A stretch of 63,006 nt of DNA, counting the filler, from Globobulimina sp. (lineage: Eukaryota), in the NCBI GenBank assembly GCA_003354225.1. It is 16 parts of 16 records of this genome, joined end to end, with 100 filler letters (N's around TTAATTAATTAA, not from the genome) between each part and the next. Parts side by side here need not be neighbours in the genome. Positions count along the whole stretch, not along the records: positions 47,344 to 51,185 come from PIVH01002010.1; positions 51,286 to 55,127 come from PIVH01002011.1; positions 55,228 to 59,067 come from PIVH01002012.1; 13 more parts are not named here. One strand, given 5' to 3'. Shown in pieces: positions 47,344 through 59,167 of this stretch (positions are counted from its first letter, which is position 1; each line of letters begins with the position of its first letter). A program made the position numbers and the translations under genes. The notes below the pieces were generated by a model. It was not told where the DNA came from, made no database searches, and was given only the letters and a program-made list of their open reading frames with translations.

Positions 47344-50336
47344 CAGTGTTCCCGTTGCTGTGTATGGAGGAGAAGGAGGACGAGATTTGGACGCGAATAC
47401 GCGATGATTACCATGAGTTGTATCCGGAAATGAACTTAGAAAATACGTGCGGGCCCGATGGCGATCACTTTGCCAACAATTTGGTGACTACCTTTGAGGT
47501 CCCATTCTACGGCGGCGGCTGCATGTTATTGCCGTATTTCTTCACTGCGAACCAGGAAAAGGAGGAAGACATCAAACAACTCAGCGGCGGCGGTTATGGC
47601 TATTTTATGAATGAAAAGTATCAAATTATGCGGGTGAAATACAGCATCAATAGCGCCATGGCGCGGATTCATTCGGATATTGAATATTATCAGAAACAGC
47701 AGAAAGAAGCGGAGGGGAAACGCATAAAAATGAATATACGTTTGGCTTTCAGCGAGTATCGCAATGGGAATCAGGGCAAGCCGCGAGCTCATCGGTTGTC
47801 GCATAAACTGATCAACGAGAAACACAACATTTTGTCTGCGCAGATCTGTGTGATCAGTGAAAGTATACTGAATTTGAAGCTGTTTGATACGTTTTCTAGT
47901 TCGAATATCATCCAATCGACGATCAAACAGATTGGCTTTGATACCAATAAAATGAGGTTGGGCATCAACCAAATTTATATAAAGCTGCAGACGTATGACG
48001 ATTACATTGATTTTTTGAAACAATCGCCGTGCAGCGAGGAAGGGAAGAATGTGTGGCATTTCATACACAATCAAAAGAAGTGCGACATTATCCAACATAG
48101 GGAATATTTGCAGATTGCGCATGAATTATATAATTATTTTACAAATAACCAGGATGATAATGACCATTATGGACAGAAACAAAACGAAAATGAAGCGGAG
48201 CATGACAGCGATGACTATGACACCAATGACGAAGAGGAGGATGACGAAGAATGTTATACTGTGGATTCGCGGTCGAGTTTGAGCAATTTTGGTGATTCTA
48301 ATCATAATATGTATCAACAAAAATACTTTTGTTTAAAAAATGTGTTTGTTCCAAAGTTGTTGCAATGTGTGATTGCTAAACGCGGCGACATCGAATATAT
48401 GAATACCTTTGGCAACGATGAAAACGATACTTTTTTTATGAAAATCGGCGAACTCCAACAGATTTTGACTGAATTGCCAACGTTTTTGAATGTATTTTTA
48501 TCGCATTTGACGGAGAAATGTTGCAATAAATTGAATGAAGAAGAGCCGGAAGAAAAATATAACATTCATTTTAATGGAGCCATTGCATTATCCATCAAAG
48601 AATCCAATATTCTGATTGCAAACGAAAAGGATGAATTGGTGTATCAGTTAATTACTATTCGTATCTCGTTGGAGATATTCCAGTGTATCATGAACAGCGC
48701 ACAGCAGTATCGACTAAAAAATAAAGCTTTTATCCAAAATATATTCGACAAATTCAATCGGACGTTGTGGAATTACACCAGTTATATGCGCCATATTTCC
48801 ATGCAATTGTGCCAGATCATTGTGCCATTTATGCATAAAATCAGTGGCTTAATGTCGTCGGTTTGCTCTTCCTCGTTAGGCTCCGCCCGTTCGTATAATG
48901 GTAATGCACAGGTTATTGATACGGATAATAATTATTATGATTATATCTTAAAAAAAGAAAAGAATGAAATCTATAGGAATTTAAATGAGATCTCCCGAAT
49001 GATTATGGAATCGTATCAGAAAGAATTGGATTTAACGCAACATCAATATCAAGATTCCAGTGCCTATGATGCGATCAATAAGAATTTTCAGGCGGATCGA
49101 ACGTATTTAATTGGTAATTTGTATGATTTGTTTCCACGGAATACCTCGAAACAAAGTCTAGATCGCTGGAAAACTGATTTAGTGAAGGATTCGGTGAATA
49201 AAATTGCTTTTGATTATGGCGATTGTAAATATTTGGTGTCGTTGTGCGATTTTGAGACAATGAATGTTAACATTCAACAAGCTCATCAACAGGAAAATAT
49301 ATTTAATATTTGTATTCAACGATTTATTGACAATTTGAAACAGTATAAACATCAATTTATGCAATTTTATTTCCAACAGCATCAAGATACTATTAATTCA
49401 TTTTTGTGTATTGATATTCGACGGTCTGAGATTTGGAAAACGCATAAAAATAATAATGACGAAGCGGAGGATATTGACGCATTGTTAAATGAATGTATCT
49501 CTATTTACATTAATGAGCACAATAACGATAATTTGTCGATAATTGATGAATATTCGTGGATTCATAATGTGTCCATTGGTAATTATACGCAAACCGCCAC
49601 CAAATTGTTTAAGATGACAAGTGATGAAAATCTAAATTGTAATCAAAATAATTTAGATCAGCAAACTGTGTCGTTGTCCATTGCGAAATTGTCTGTTTTC
49701 ATGGATGAAAATAAGGAGAATATGAATAATATCGATTGTGTGCAGCAAGAATTATTGTGGATGAATGCAAAGCAATTATTACGAAGCTATGCTCCGCATA
49801 AATATGAAAATGAGAAGATATTAAAAAAAATGAGCAAAAGTAATATTGTCAAGAATTTAATTAAAGAGTCTCTGTCCAATCACCGGCAAAATCATCAGCA
49901 AAAAGGCCTAAATCTGCAACATATGGAACAAATATTATCATTGATTTTCAATTTTGAACCGTATTCCAATGATATCAAGGATTTGAATGATAACTCTTTG
50001 ATTGTATTTTTCATTGAAAACGTGATAAATTGTAACAAGAAAAGATGGGATACATTGGATTTAATGATTGAGCCAAAGAATCGCGCCCAGGATACCTCAA
50101 TGTATCAGATTATAAATACGACGGTTATTTATGACATAACAAAGTATTTATTTAATCGCAAAAACCAGGCAAAGTTTCTTGAAAAGAGTCATAATATAAA
50201 AATGAATGTCTATCAAGAGGACCACTTGTGGGAGTTATGGAGTTTAGGCGTAAATTATTCTACTACAAACAAGCCTGATTCGAAATATTATTATGCAGTA
50301 CGAACGTTATCGTTCGCGCAAAGTCCAATGACCTAA
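47344..50336 (+). CDS. Nucleoporin Nup133-like protein (5' incomplete)
   Basis: About 1000 aa and mostly helical. C-terminal 'IAFDYGDCKYLVSLCD', 'YSWIHNV..GNY..TA..L' and 'SLSIAKLS' resemble the Nup133 C-terminus. Confidence 0.65.
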
Positions 50337-51066
50337 AAAATGATCGACAATAAAAATATTATATAGTTTGCTTTTTGTTTTGCATTTTCTTATTTTAGTA
50401 TTTAAACAACTTATATGTTGGTATTGGATTAGATCTAAAAAACATTAATAATATTATTAGTCATGTCATTGCGCAAATAATTGCGATTCAGCTCAAATGT
50501 TTACATTGCGAGCGAAGCGAGCCAGGTACGAGCACGAAGTGCGAGTGTCCGTCAGATCACAAAAACGAGTCTTTTTATCAACAAGTCAGTTTTTTATAAA
50601 GACAGTTTTTTACTTTACAAAACAAAAAACTTTACTTTTTTGAGTCGCCATGGAATGGACATCTGGACATTTGGATATAATAAACACAAAAAGTGCCCGC
50701 TATAGATGAAGCATCGTTGTTGCCCCGTCTGTCGGATCTAATACGTCCATTGGTCAACTCCTAAAATAGGTTCAGCATTATTTACGGCCAAGCGCTGCCT
50801 ATGTTGTGGATATAGTGGCAAGGGCGCTTTTTGTGGGACATTTGATGCTATTTGGTGTATTTCAGCGTGTGTCTCCAAACAAATCAAATTTATATTAACT
50901 TTTTGAATTATAAAATATACAGACAGTCGATTCGCACAATCAGCTAAATATAGTTTCTTTCATTTGCTTATAATCCAAATTCTATAGCTGCTAAGATGCA
51001 GACACCGATGCTAATGAGCCAATACATAAAAAATCACATACATAAAAAAAAAGAAGCAGTTTATCG

Positions 51067-51185
51067 CAGTGTTCCCGTTGCTGTGTATGGAGGAGAAGGA
51101 GGACGAGATTTGGACGCGAATACGCGATGATTACCATGAGTTGTATCCGGAAATGAACTTAGAAAATACGTGCGGGCCCGATGGC
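51067..51185 (+). repeat. 119-nt terminal direct repeat (copy of 47344-47462); contig is circular in the assembly
   Basis: Identical sequence at both contig ends. Confidence 0.95.
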
Positions 51186-51285
51186 NNNNNNNNNNNNNNN
51201 NNNNNNNNNNNNNNNNNNNNNNNNNNNNNTTAATTAATTAANNNNNNNNNNNNNNNNNNNNNNNNNNNNNNNNNNNNNNNNNNNN

Positions 51286-52205
51286 CAGACATAGGCACAG
51301 ATACAGATTTATCAAATATAAATAAAACGACAGCGACCGCGACCGCGACAGCCACAGCCACAGCCACAGCAACAACAACAGCCACAGCAGAAGTATCACC
51401 AATAATAAATATATGGGCATCGAATTTGAATGAAGCAATGTCATCGATTGAGGATATAATCGATAAGTATCCATACATAGCATTAGATACAGAGTTTCCC
51501 GGCGTGGTGGCTCGTCCCGTTGATTCTTTTCGCCATTGGTTAGGTTATGGGTACAGATTAGTAGCAAATAATGTAAATATGTTAAAATTAATCCAGTTAG
51601 GATTAACTTTTTACAATGAAAAGGGAGAGACGCCATCGCCGCACAGTACCTATCAATTTAATTTTAAATTTAATTTATCGCAGGACATGTTTGCGCCGGA
51701 CAGCATTCAATTGCTCATTAAATCTGGCATTGATTTTAATAAATTGAGTAAATATGGAATAAAACATAATAAATTTGCAGAGATAATAACAATGAGTGGT
51801 TTGGTGTTAAATGATGATGTTCGATGGATATGTTTTCATGGTTCCTATGATTTTGCATATTTAATAAAAACGTTATGTTCGAGGAATTTACCTCACAAAG
51901 AATGTGATTTTTTCTTTTATTTGCAAAAATATTTTCCATTTATTTACGATTTAAAAGTATTATTAAGAAATGTCCATTGTATTAAAGGTGGCGGATTACA
52001 AAAGTTGGCAAACAAATTAAATGTAAAGCGGATTGGAGCGAGTCATATGGCCGGATCTGATTCATTATTAACTGGCAATGTATTCTTTAAATTAAGAGAG
52101 TTATATTTTGAGGAGTTAATGGATGAAAAAAAATATTTAAATACATTGTATGGATTAGGAAATTCAAATTTTGTCGGTCATCATAACGCGTGGTATTTCC
52201 ATTAG
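51286..52205 (+). CDS. CAF1: CCR4-NOT deadenylase subunit CAF1/POP2 (CNOT7/8)
   Basis: 'YIALDTEFPGVVARP', 'LKLIQLGLT', 'FHGSYDFAYL' and 'HMAGSDSLLT'. Confidence 0.95.
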
Positions 52206-52306
52206 TTATGGACTTATTATTATTCATTCACACACACACTGAAACAAAACATATTGTTCTTATTACATTGTATCATTTTTAATTTAATTATTATAAATCC
52301 TTGCGC

Positions 52307-52789
52307 TCATTCCAATGCTTGCGGTTTGATAAAACAGTCCTTAGCCTCACTCGTCACATTCCCAACATTCCCGTCGGTCTTTTGTCGTTTACACTCATTC
52401 CCTGTTATTATATTTTTGTCTGCTTCATCTGATTGGAATTCACTCAAATTACGTTTTTTGTTATTTTTATTTTTATTTGGTTTTATTTGGTTGTGTGACT
52501 GTGATATCGATTGATTCCTTATGGTTTCGATTGATTCTTTTTGCATTTTCTCAATTGGAATATTAAAACTGCCAAATGATTTTCTTCCTGTCCGATACAT
52601 CATATATTCGTCCCTTCGATCATCGATAATCAGTGATGATTCTGCTGCCTCTGATTGGATCCATTGCATTGCCTCAATTTTCGCTTTTTTATCATTTTGT
52701 TTTGTTTTTCTTTTTTCTGAGTTTGTTTTTCTTTTCATGAAATTCATATTTTTTAAACGCTTTGACATTTTTCTCTTTGTGTTTGACAT
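52307..52789 (-). CDS. MPP6: M-phase phosphoprotein 6-like exosome cofactor
   Basis: 'MSKRLKNMNFMKR', 'GRKSFGSFNIPIEKM' and C-terminal 'FIKP'. Confidence 0.75.
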   Translation of the reverse strand: MSNTKRKMSKRLKNMNFMKRKTNSEKRKTKQNDKKAKIEAMQWIQSEAAESSLIIDDRRDEYMMYRTGRKSFGSFNIPIEKMQKESIETIRNQSISQSHNQIKPNKNKNNKKRNLSEFQSDEADKNIITGNECKRQKTDGNVGNVTSEAKDCFIKPQALE

Positions 52790-52896
52790 GGTTTATCTTT
52801 ACAGTTCACTTCACAGTTCACAGTGTTTGATCAATGTCAACAATGTTAGGATTATTGTTTCACAAACCGGAGGATTTCGGTGCCGCAAATTTTGTA

Positions 52897-53977
52897 ATGG
52901 ATTTCCAAATGGACATAATTGACATAAATAATGCAAATATATTAATAAAAAAAGGACCAAATTTAGATAAACTAGACAAACACGACAAAAATCATATCGC
53001 TTCAACCGTATGTTTTGTTTTGTTTTGTTTCGCTTCGCTTAAACTGAATTGTATCATTAATTGATTTAAAAAATTAAAAATAAAACAGATTATGGAATTA
53101 TGGGAAGATACAAATACAAATACTTTATGTATGAGCCCCAATTCAATTAAAAAATTTTTATGTTTGGGATGCTGTATATACATAATTTTATTAATTTGTA
53201 TGATTGGAGTGCTTGAATCTCATTTACCAATTTTTAAAACTGATAAAATAAAACAAATTGTTGCTATTGCATTGGGCCTTGTTTCTGTCATTGTTCTTGC
53301 GATTATTTTATTTGGAATGTTATTTGTTATGCAACAAAGGTACAGTATATATTTAATATAATATATTTATCTTATCCTTGCACATTAAGCTAAGTACCAA
53401 GTACAGATTAGCAGTGAAAGAGAAGTGGAGACATCGTTTTGTAAATAATTTATGTTCATATCTTGAGATGCTCAAGCAACAGTATCCAAACTTAACCTTT
53501 TCTATCCTGTATCCAATGCATATCTATTCGCGAAGGATAAAAACGTCGCGATCCATATCGCCACCCATTCATTATAATAATGATAATGATAATGATAATT
53601 TAAATTACAATGATAATTACAATGATAATGATAAGCAATTGCGCGGCGATGAATATATAAGTGCGATTTGGTGTTATTTGAGGGTTTCAGAAGGAAGCAT
53701 CGTGACATCCGATGTTGAACCAATCTATCAATCAACGCATGTAAATATGAGGAGGGAGAGTTTCAGTGATTTTTCAAGGATTACTGGTATTACGGGACAA
53801 TTTTCATTACAAATTGAGGATGATGTCAGCAATAAAAAATTAAATACAAAAAAACGGAGCACTGCTCTTAAAACCAAAAAAACTAAAAATACGGGTAAAG
53901 CATCAAAAAAAGGGAGTGTTCAAACTGGCCGATTTCCTATGCTCGCTAAAAAAATGGGATATAAACAACTCACTTAA
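52897..53977 (+). CDS. Two-TM membrane protein, multi-exon
   Basis: Three consecutive ORFs separated by short GT-AG segments. Two hydrophobic helices. Confidence 0.5.
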
Positions 53978-54095
53978 CAAGAAATTTGATTTATATTTAA
54001 CAATTATAATAATTGTGTCCATTTATTGTCAGATATCAAAGCGTGAAATTTTTGCTTCACATCAAACCTAACTTAATTAAGAAAAGTTTAAAATA

Positions 54096-54813
54096 ATGGC
54101 TTGTAACCAAAAATGTTGCTTTTGGTTATTTTTTGCATTAATAATGTTGACAACAAATGGATTTTTATTTTATTGTGGATGGTGGCTGCCTGTCCAAACA
54201 AACAAGCATCGTTTACGATGTAACCAATTAAAAGGATTTGAAATGTATACAATTGATAAAACAGACTGGTTTAGATATATTACTATTATATCTTACTATT
54301 ATATCATACGCACAACATTTACCATATAATTATAAATACTGTATTGGATCACCTACAACGGTTAACGTTGAAAATAAAATCCAGATTCATTATCATTACA
54401 ATTCATTAATTTAACTTGGAATGAATTCTCGCAAAATATTACAAACACAAGCAATGCTTTATATATTATTCAATATTCACATAATCATATTTCCGATAAA
54501 TAAAGACATGCTTTGAAGAATATATTGGTGAAAACAATGAATTCAAATGGATTTATTTATGGATATTTTCTTTATCTGTAATACCAATCTTCTTTTCAAC
54601 CCCAGTCATGGATCCGGACAAAGACAAATTGGATTATTGGCAAATTAATAAATATTCATTATCTGGCAATGGTGTTTGCTATTTATTATTTATCGGAAAT
54701 ATGATTATGTGGAATAAATATACATATCCTAATTATAATATGGATGATGATGGATATAAAGATTCTGGTGTGACAGTATTATATTACAATTATTCATTGC
54801 ATTTGTTGCAATA
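54096..54813 (+). CDS. Possible multi-exon or degraded membrane protein
   Basis: Short hydrophobic ORFs 54096-54329 and 54608-54814. Structure unresolved. Confidence 0.3.
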
Positions 54814-55227
54814 ATTTTATCATTGGTTCAAATAAAACGCGGAGAATTGCGAGCAATACATTCTGTTACAAAATCTTTTCGAAAATTACCAGTTATTGGA
54901 AGCGAAAAAGCTGTTAAAGATAACACACGAAATCAATATGATGAAGTTGCGCTGGAGAATCTCAAATATAATTATGGTGATATAATTAATTTAAACTGTT
55001 TGATTTTTTTTGACCTGCAAGTAGCATGGAGCCTGTTGATCAGCAGTGCGAGGACAGTAGCTAGAGCTATAACGCATATCTCGACTAATCTCGTCCTTGC
55101 ACATTTTTTGCTAAACATGACCACTGGNNNNNNNNNNNNNNNNNNNNNNNNNNNNNNNNNNNNNNNNNNNNTTAATTAATTAANNNNNNNNNNNNNNNNN
55201 NNNNNNNNNNNNNNNNNNNNNNNNNNN

Positions 55228-55596
55228 AATATGCAAAATAAAATAGAACCAAGACAAGGAATTCAAAGCAATATTTATAATCCGAGCAAGTTTGAAAACG
55301 TTTTGTTAGATAATTTGGAAAATTGTGTTAAAGATAATTTATTAGCATTGTATGACATTGATGAGAAATATTTTGATGAAAATAAGGTGAGATGGACAGG
55401 GTTTAGGCCTTATACGCCTGATGGATTGCCGTTTGTTGATCAAATAAAACGTATAAATGGATTGTATGTGAATGCAGGACATGGGACAGAAGGATCGAAA
55501 ACCGCTCATGGCACAGCTAAGTTATTGGTCAATTTAGTTGATAAAGCAGATGAAAATAAAAATGTTCTAAAATTGTTATCCATAGATCGTTTCTAA
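55228..55596 (+). CDS. FAD-dependent oxidoreductase (DAO/DadA family), C-terminus
   Basis: 'WTGFRPYTPDGLP', 'GLYVNAGHG' and a terminal 'DRF'. Confidence 0.88.
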   Translation, partial: NMQNKIEPRQGIQSNIYNPSKFENVLLDNLENCVKDNLLALYDIDEKYFDENKVRWTGFRPYTPDGLPFVDQIKRINGLYVNAGHGTEGSKTAHGTAKLLVNLVDKADENKNVLKLLSIDRF

Positions 55597-55767
55597 TAAT
55601 ATTATGGGTCAAAAGATTTCGGATTTACTTTTTGCAGCGTATCCTTTCACTTTTTGAGAGCATTGTTCATATTCTTGACAACATTAATTTCACTTTGTGG
55701 TTATGCGGAAGTTATACAACATGTTACAACAATAATTCAATCAAACAATAATTTATTATAGATAAAG

Positions 55768-56214
55768 TTAGTCAGATTTGCTGTGTGCTTCGTGAGCCTT
55801 CCGTGCCTTTATTGTTTGTTGCAATGCATTTGTTTGGAAAAACAAAACCCAAATAAACATCATAAATGCCAAAATAAACCATATAAATACAATGATTAAA
55901 GTAATCTGAGCGCAGAGTTTCCAGAATGCGTCAAATACCCAAATTGGAAATAAATAATTATTAATAACTGGCGAAATAAAAATACTAAACAGATGTGACA
56001 ATACAATAAATACACAGCCTCCGACAAACATATAATAAATCTCGACGCCGCCTAAGTCGACCACTCCAATCCATTTATGCAATACATCAACCAATTTAGT
56101 TGGATCTCGGAAATTTTCAATTACAATCAGTTCTCGAATAAATGACAAGAAATTAACAAAAAATATTTTAAATAATGGTATCGATGACTTGATTTTCTGT
56201 AGCGAGGATGCCAT
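55768..56214 (-). CDS. Small membrane protein
   Basis: 148-aa ATG ORF with hydrophobic helices. Confidence 0.55.
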   Translation of the reverse strand: MASSLQKIKSSIPLFKIFFVNFLSFIRELIVIENFRDPTKLVDVLHKWIGVVDLGGVEIYYMFVGGCVFIVLSHLFSIFISPVINNYLFPIWVFDAFWKLCAQITLIIVFIWFILAFMMFIWVLFFQTNALQQTIKARKAHEAHSKSD

Positions 56215-56376
56215 TTATTGACAGTTTTTCAAATCAACGATATATTCAAGATATGTAGGTATAGGTAACCCCCACCCCCCACTGTAATCTAACATGACAT
56301 ATGAAACAAAATACTTTATGGTTTTATTATATAATTGAAGTTGTTCATGTATTCTACATAGGCGATTATGCAAAAG

Positions 56377-56428
56377 TCACTATATATAGCGGAGCTCACT
56401 ATGTATAGCGGAACTCACTATATATAGC
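56377..56428. repeat. 19-bp tandem repeat x2.7 with palindromic CTATATATAG cores, between divergent genes
   Basis: tcactatatatagcggagc / tcactatgtatagcggaac / tcactatatatagc. Confidence 0.8.
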
Positions 56429-56530
56429 AACATTTAACAAAAAAAGAAATCGTTTTTCAAATCTGCCTTCAGTGTCTACCATTTTATTCAAAGCAAAGTT
56501 AGCAAACAAAGAATTGAAACAAAAAAACGC

Positions 56531-57307
56531 ATGGCACAGCAGGTACATTCATATGAAGATGTGGTGGATTCGAATGAAGAATCAACTAAAATAAAACAAT
56601 TGATTGACATTGCATTTCAGGAATTGGATGATTCATTCATTCCTTTTAAAACACATCATTCCAATTTAGAACTTGCATACAAAACCGCTGGAAATGACAA
56701 TTTCTGTACAGCCCGAGGTGTTACAATGATGGATGATGTAACAAAACTTGATGATTATTATAAAAGTTTACAAAAAGGATTTGAAGATGTTCTCATTGAT
56801 CACCGAGAGGCAGACAAAAGTATAACAGAATGCAGAGTGGTAAAATGCATTGACGATGATCATCAAATTGTATATCAATCAAATAAATCTGGTTTCCGTA
56901 TTGTTGCACCCAGAGATACGAATTTTATGGCTACAAGATTTAAATTCGAAAATTATGCAAACAATCAAAGGATTGTGGGTCATCTGGGATATTCAATAAA
57001 TGAAGACCATCCATTTTATGTTCCGCCAAAAGAAAAACATGTTCGAGTCTCGACTGCAAGCGGTATAGTATTAAGTGTGGCCAATGGTGATACGAATAAT
57101 AAGGTTCGTGTTTGTCAAATAGTCTCAGTGGATGTCGGCGGGTCTGTTCCTAAATGGATAACGAATAAAGTTATACCGAAACAGGGAGAAAGGGCTAAAA
57201 TGTTTGCTGCAGAATTTGATAAACTCGAAGAAAGATTAAAAAAGAGAGAAAAAAACAATTTTAAACAAGATTATCAACCATTATTTACACAAAAAAATGG
57301 TTGTTAA
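56531..57307 (+). CDS. START-domain lipid-binding protein
   Basis: 'IVAPRD', 'PPKEKHVR' and 'VDVGGSVPKWITN'. Confidence 0.88.
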   Translation: MAQQVHSYEDVVDSNEESTKIKQLIDIAFQELDDSFIPFKTHHSNLELAYKTAGNDNFCTARGVTMMDDVTKLDDYYKSLQKGFEDVLIDHREADKSITECRVVKCIDDDHQIVYQSNKSGFRIVAPRDTNFMATRFKFENYANNQRIVGHLGYSINEDHPFYVPPKEKHVRVSTASGIVLSVANGDTNNKVRVCQIVSVDVGGSVPKWITNKVIPKQGERAKMFAAEFDKLEERLKKREKNNFKQDYQPLFTQKNGC

Positions 57308-57451
57308 TGATGTATTAAATTGTACATCTTTATTTATTAAAGATTTGTTCTGTAATTTATTTATTTAGTATTTTTTTATTTAATTACTTGAATTTATTTA
57401 ATGCTTAAGGTTGCGGTTCAATTAATGAGTGCGTCAGCGATGAGCGATCTA

Positions 57452-57550
57452 GAATCCATTTATGCAATAATACATCAACCAATTTTCAACGATAAGAAAT
57501 TAACCAACATTATTTTAAATAGTAGTAGCTTGACAGTTTTTCAATTCAAC
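57452..57550 (-). pseudogene. Internally deleted remnant of the 5' end of the 55768-56214 gene
   Basis: Shares the blocks aatccatttatgcaata..catcaaccaattt, aagaaattaac and ttgacagtttttcaa with 56068-56238, in the same order. Confidence 0.6.
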
Positions 57551-57625
57551 TCAGGCCTGTCATGCCAAAAAAAATTAATTAATTAACATTTATTTTATTC
57601 ACACATTTGTGGCAAATTGCGCTTC

Positions 57626-59067
57626 CTAAATATTATCTGCATCAAATACAGCAGCAAAAGCGCACATTGTCGGTATTTTTTTTACTTTTTCAAAGAACAA
57701 ATTACGTTTTTCTATGTATTCACTATCCAATTGATGCCAATTTTTAATCTGTGTCCAAATATTTATATTATCAGAATCATCGATATAATTTATTTGTGGA
57801 TCCCAGACTCGCCGAGATAGCGCCTTATTATCTTTCAAGACACCCTGCAAATATGGTTTTATATCATTCCATTTCAACTCATCCTCTCTATACATAAATA
57901 AATATGGTATCCATTTTACGATATCCTTCGGTGTTATACGAATGACACCGCCTGCAAAATGTAGATACAATTTTATTGTTTGTTGAAATTTATGCACAGC
58001 GATACCAATTCTCTTATGATCGCCGCTATTTTTATCGCTGATTGCTTTTTGACTGAAATATCGTTTGACTCTCATTATGTGAAACCAGTGGTTTTTGTCA
58101 TAATCCTTTGAAGGTAATACACCAATGAAATAATGCTATAACTTATTGTCTGTACATTATTATATATCATTATTTTCATTGCTGTACTACCTTAACATAT
58201 TCCTTATCGCTGATATCGACATCGATTTCTTTTTTGCTTATACCAATATACTTTGGTTGCTGTTGATTATCAAACCTCTCATTCTCTGTTTTATTCACAT
58301 CGATGCACCAAATTGGTATCTTATATCCTTCCTCAATTTGTCTCCGAAACGTCGGCCGCAACAGTTTATGCTCAAAAACCGGCGTAAATCTCCCCGTCAA
58401 ACTGTCCATTCTCTTCCTAAAATTAATGCGCACATTCATATTCATTGCAGGTTTGCAATGCTCAATGGACGGAACCTTCAAATCCAGCACAACGCCACAA
58501 TTCAAATCATAGTAATCTTTGAGTAAATGTTTGGTCGTTGCCACTATAAATGCATACATATATTGCTGCGCCTCCAATGAATACCAATTCAGTCTCTCTT
58601 CATCCGACCCTTTGATGCTTATTTCATCCATATAGCCGTCATCGGCATCATCCTCATCAGACTCAGAAACATCTGCCTTATTCTCCGGATTGCGAATACC
58701 GACAATAATCTGCGATAAACGGCCATATCCCAACAAGCGAGTGGCTTGAGATATATTCAAACCCTGTACATAGAGATTAAACTGCTTCCGATCATAGGTT
58801 TTGGCTCCAAAATGCGAGCGGATAAAGTCATAATATTCGTTTTTCACCCGGTCCCTTTCCACTTCGTTCAAATGTAACAGCATATTTCCGTACGTTGAGT
58901 GGTCAAAAGCAATGCAGGCAATGGCGATTTTTAAGTCGACCATCAACAAAGTTGCATTCATACCGAATATGCTGCATAATCTCCGAAAGGCGATGCTGCG
59001 CTGTTTTAAGTCGGGTGGTTTGTCTGTGGATATGTGCAGCTTTTCGATGTTGGAGAGAATCTTATCC
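57626..59067 (-). CDS. Unknown protein (5' truncated; intron 58136-58190)
   Basis: A phase-0 GT..AG intron joins ORFs 58176-58961 and 57626-58075 in frame. Confidence 0.6.
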
Positions 59068-59167
59068 NNNNNNNNNNNNNNNNNNNNNNNNNNNNNNNNN
59101 NNNNNNNNNNNTTAATTAATTAANNNNNNNNNNNNNNNNNNNNNNNNNNNNNNNNNNNNNNNNNNNN

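Noticed and set aside
32400-52205. NOT4-like, CAF1 and MPP6 as an RNA-decay gene cluster
   Set aside because: NOT4-like and CAF1 are on different contigs. Only CAF1 and MPP6 are truly adjacent, which can be chance.
3848-59167. Regularly spaced TTAATTAATTAA motif every ~3.94 kb
   Set aside because: It is an artificial linker inside N-runs, not a biological repeat. Adjacency of genes across spacers has no meaning.
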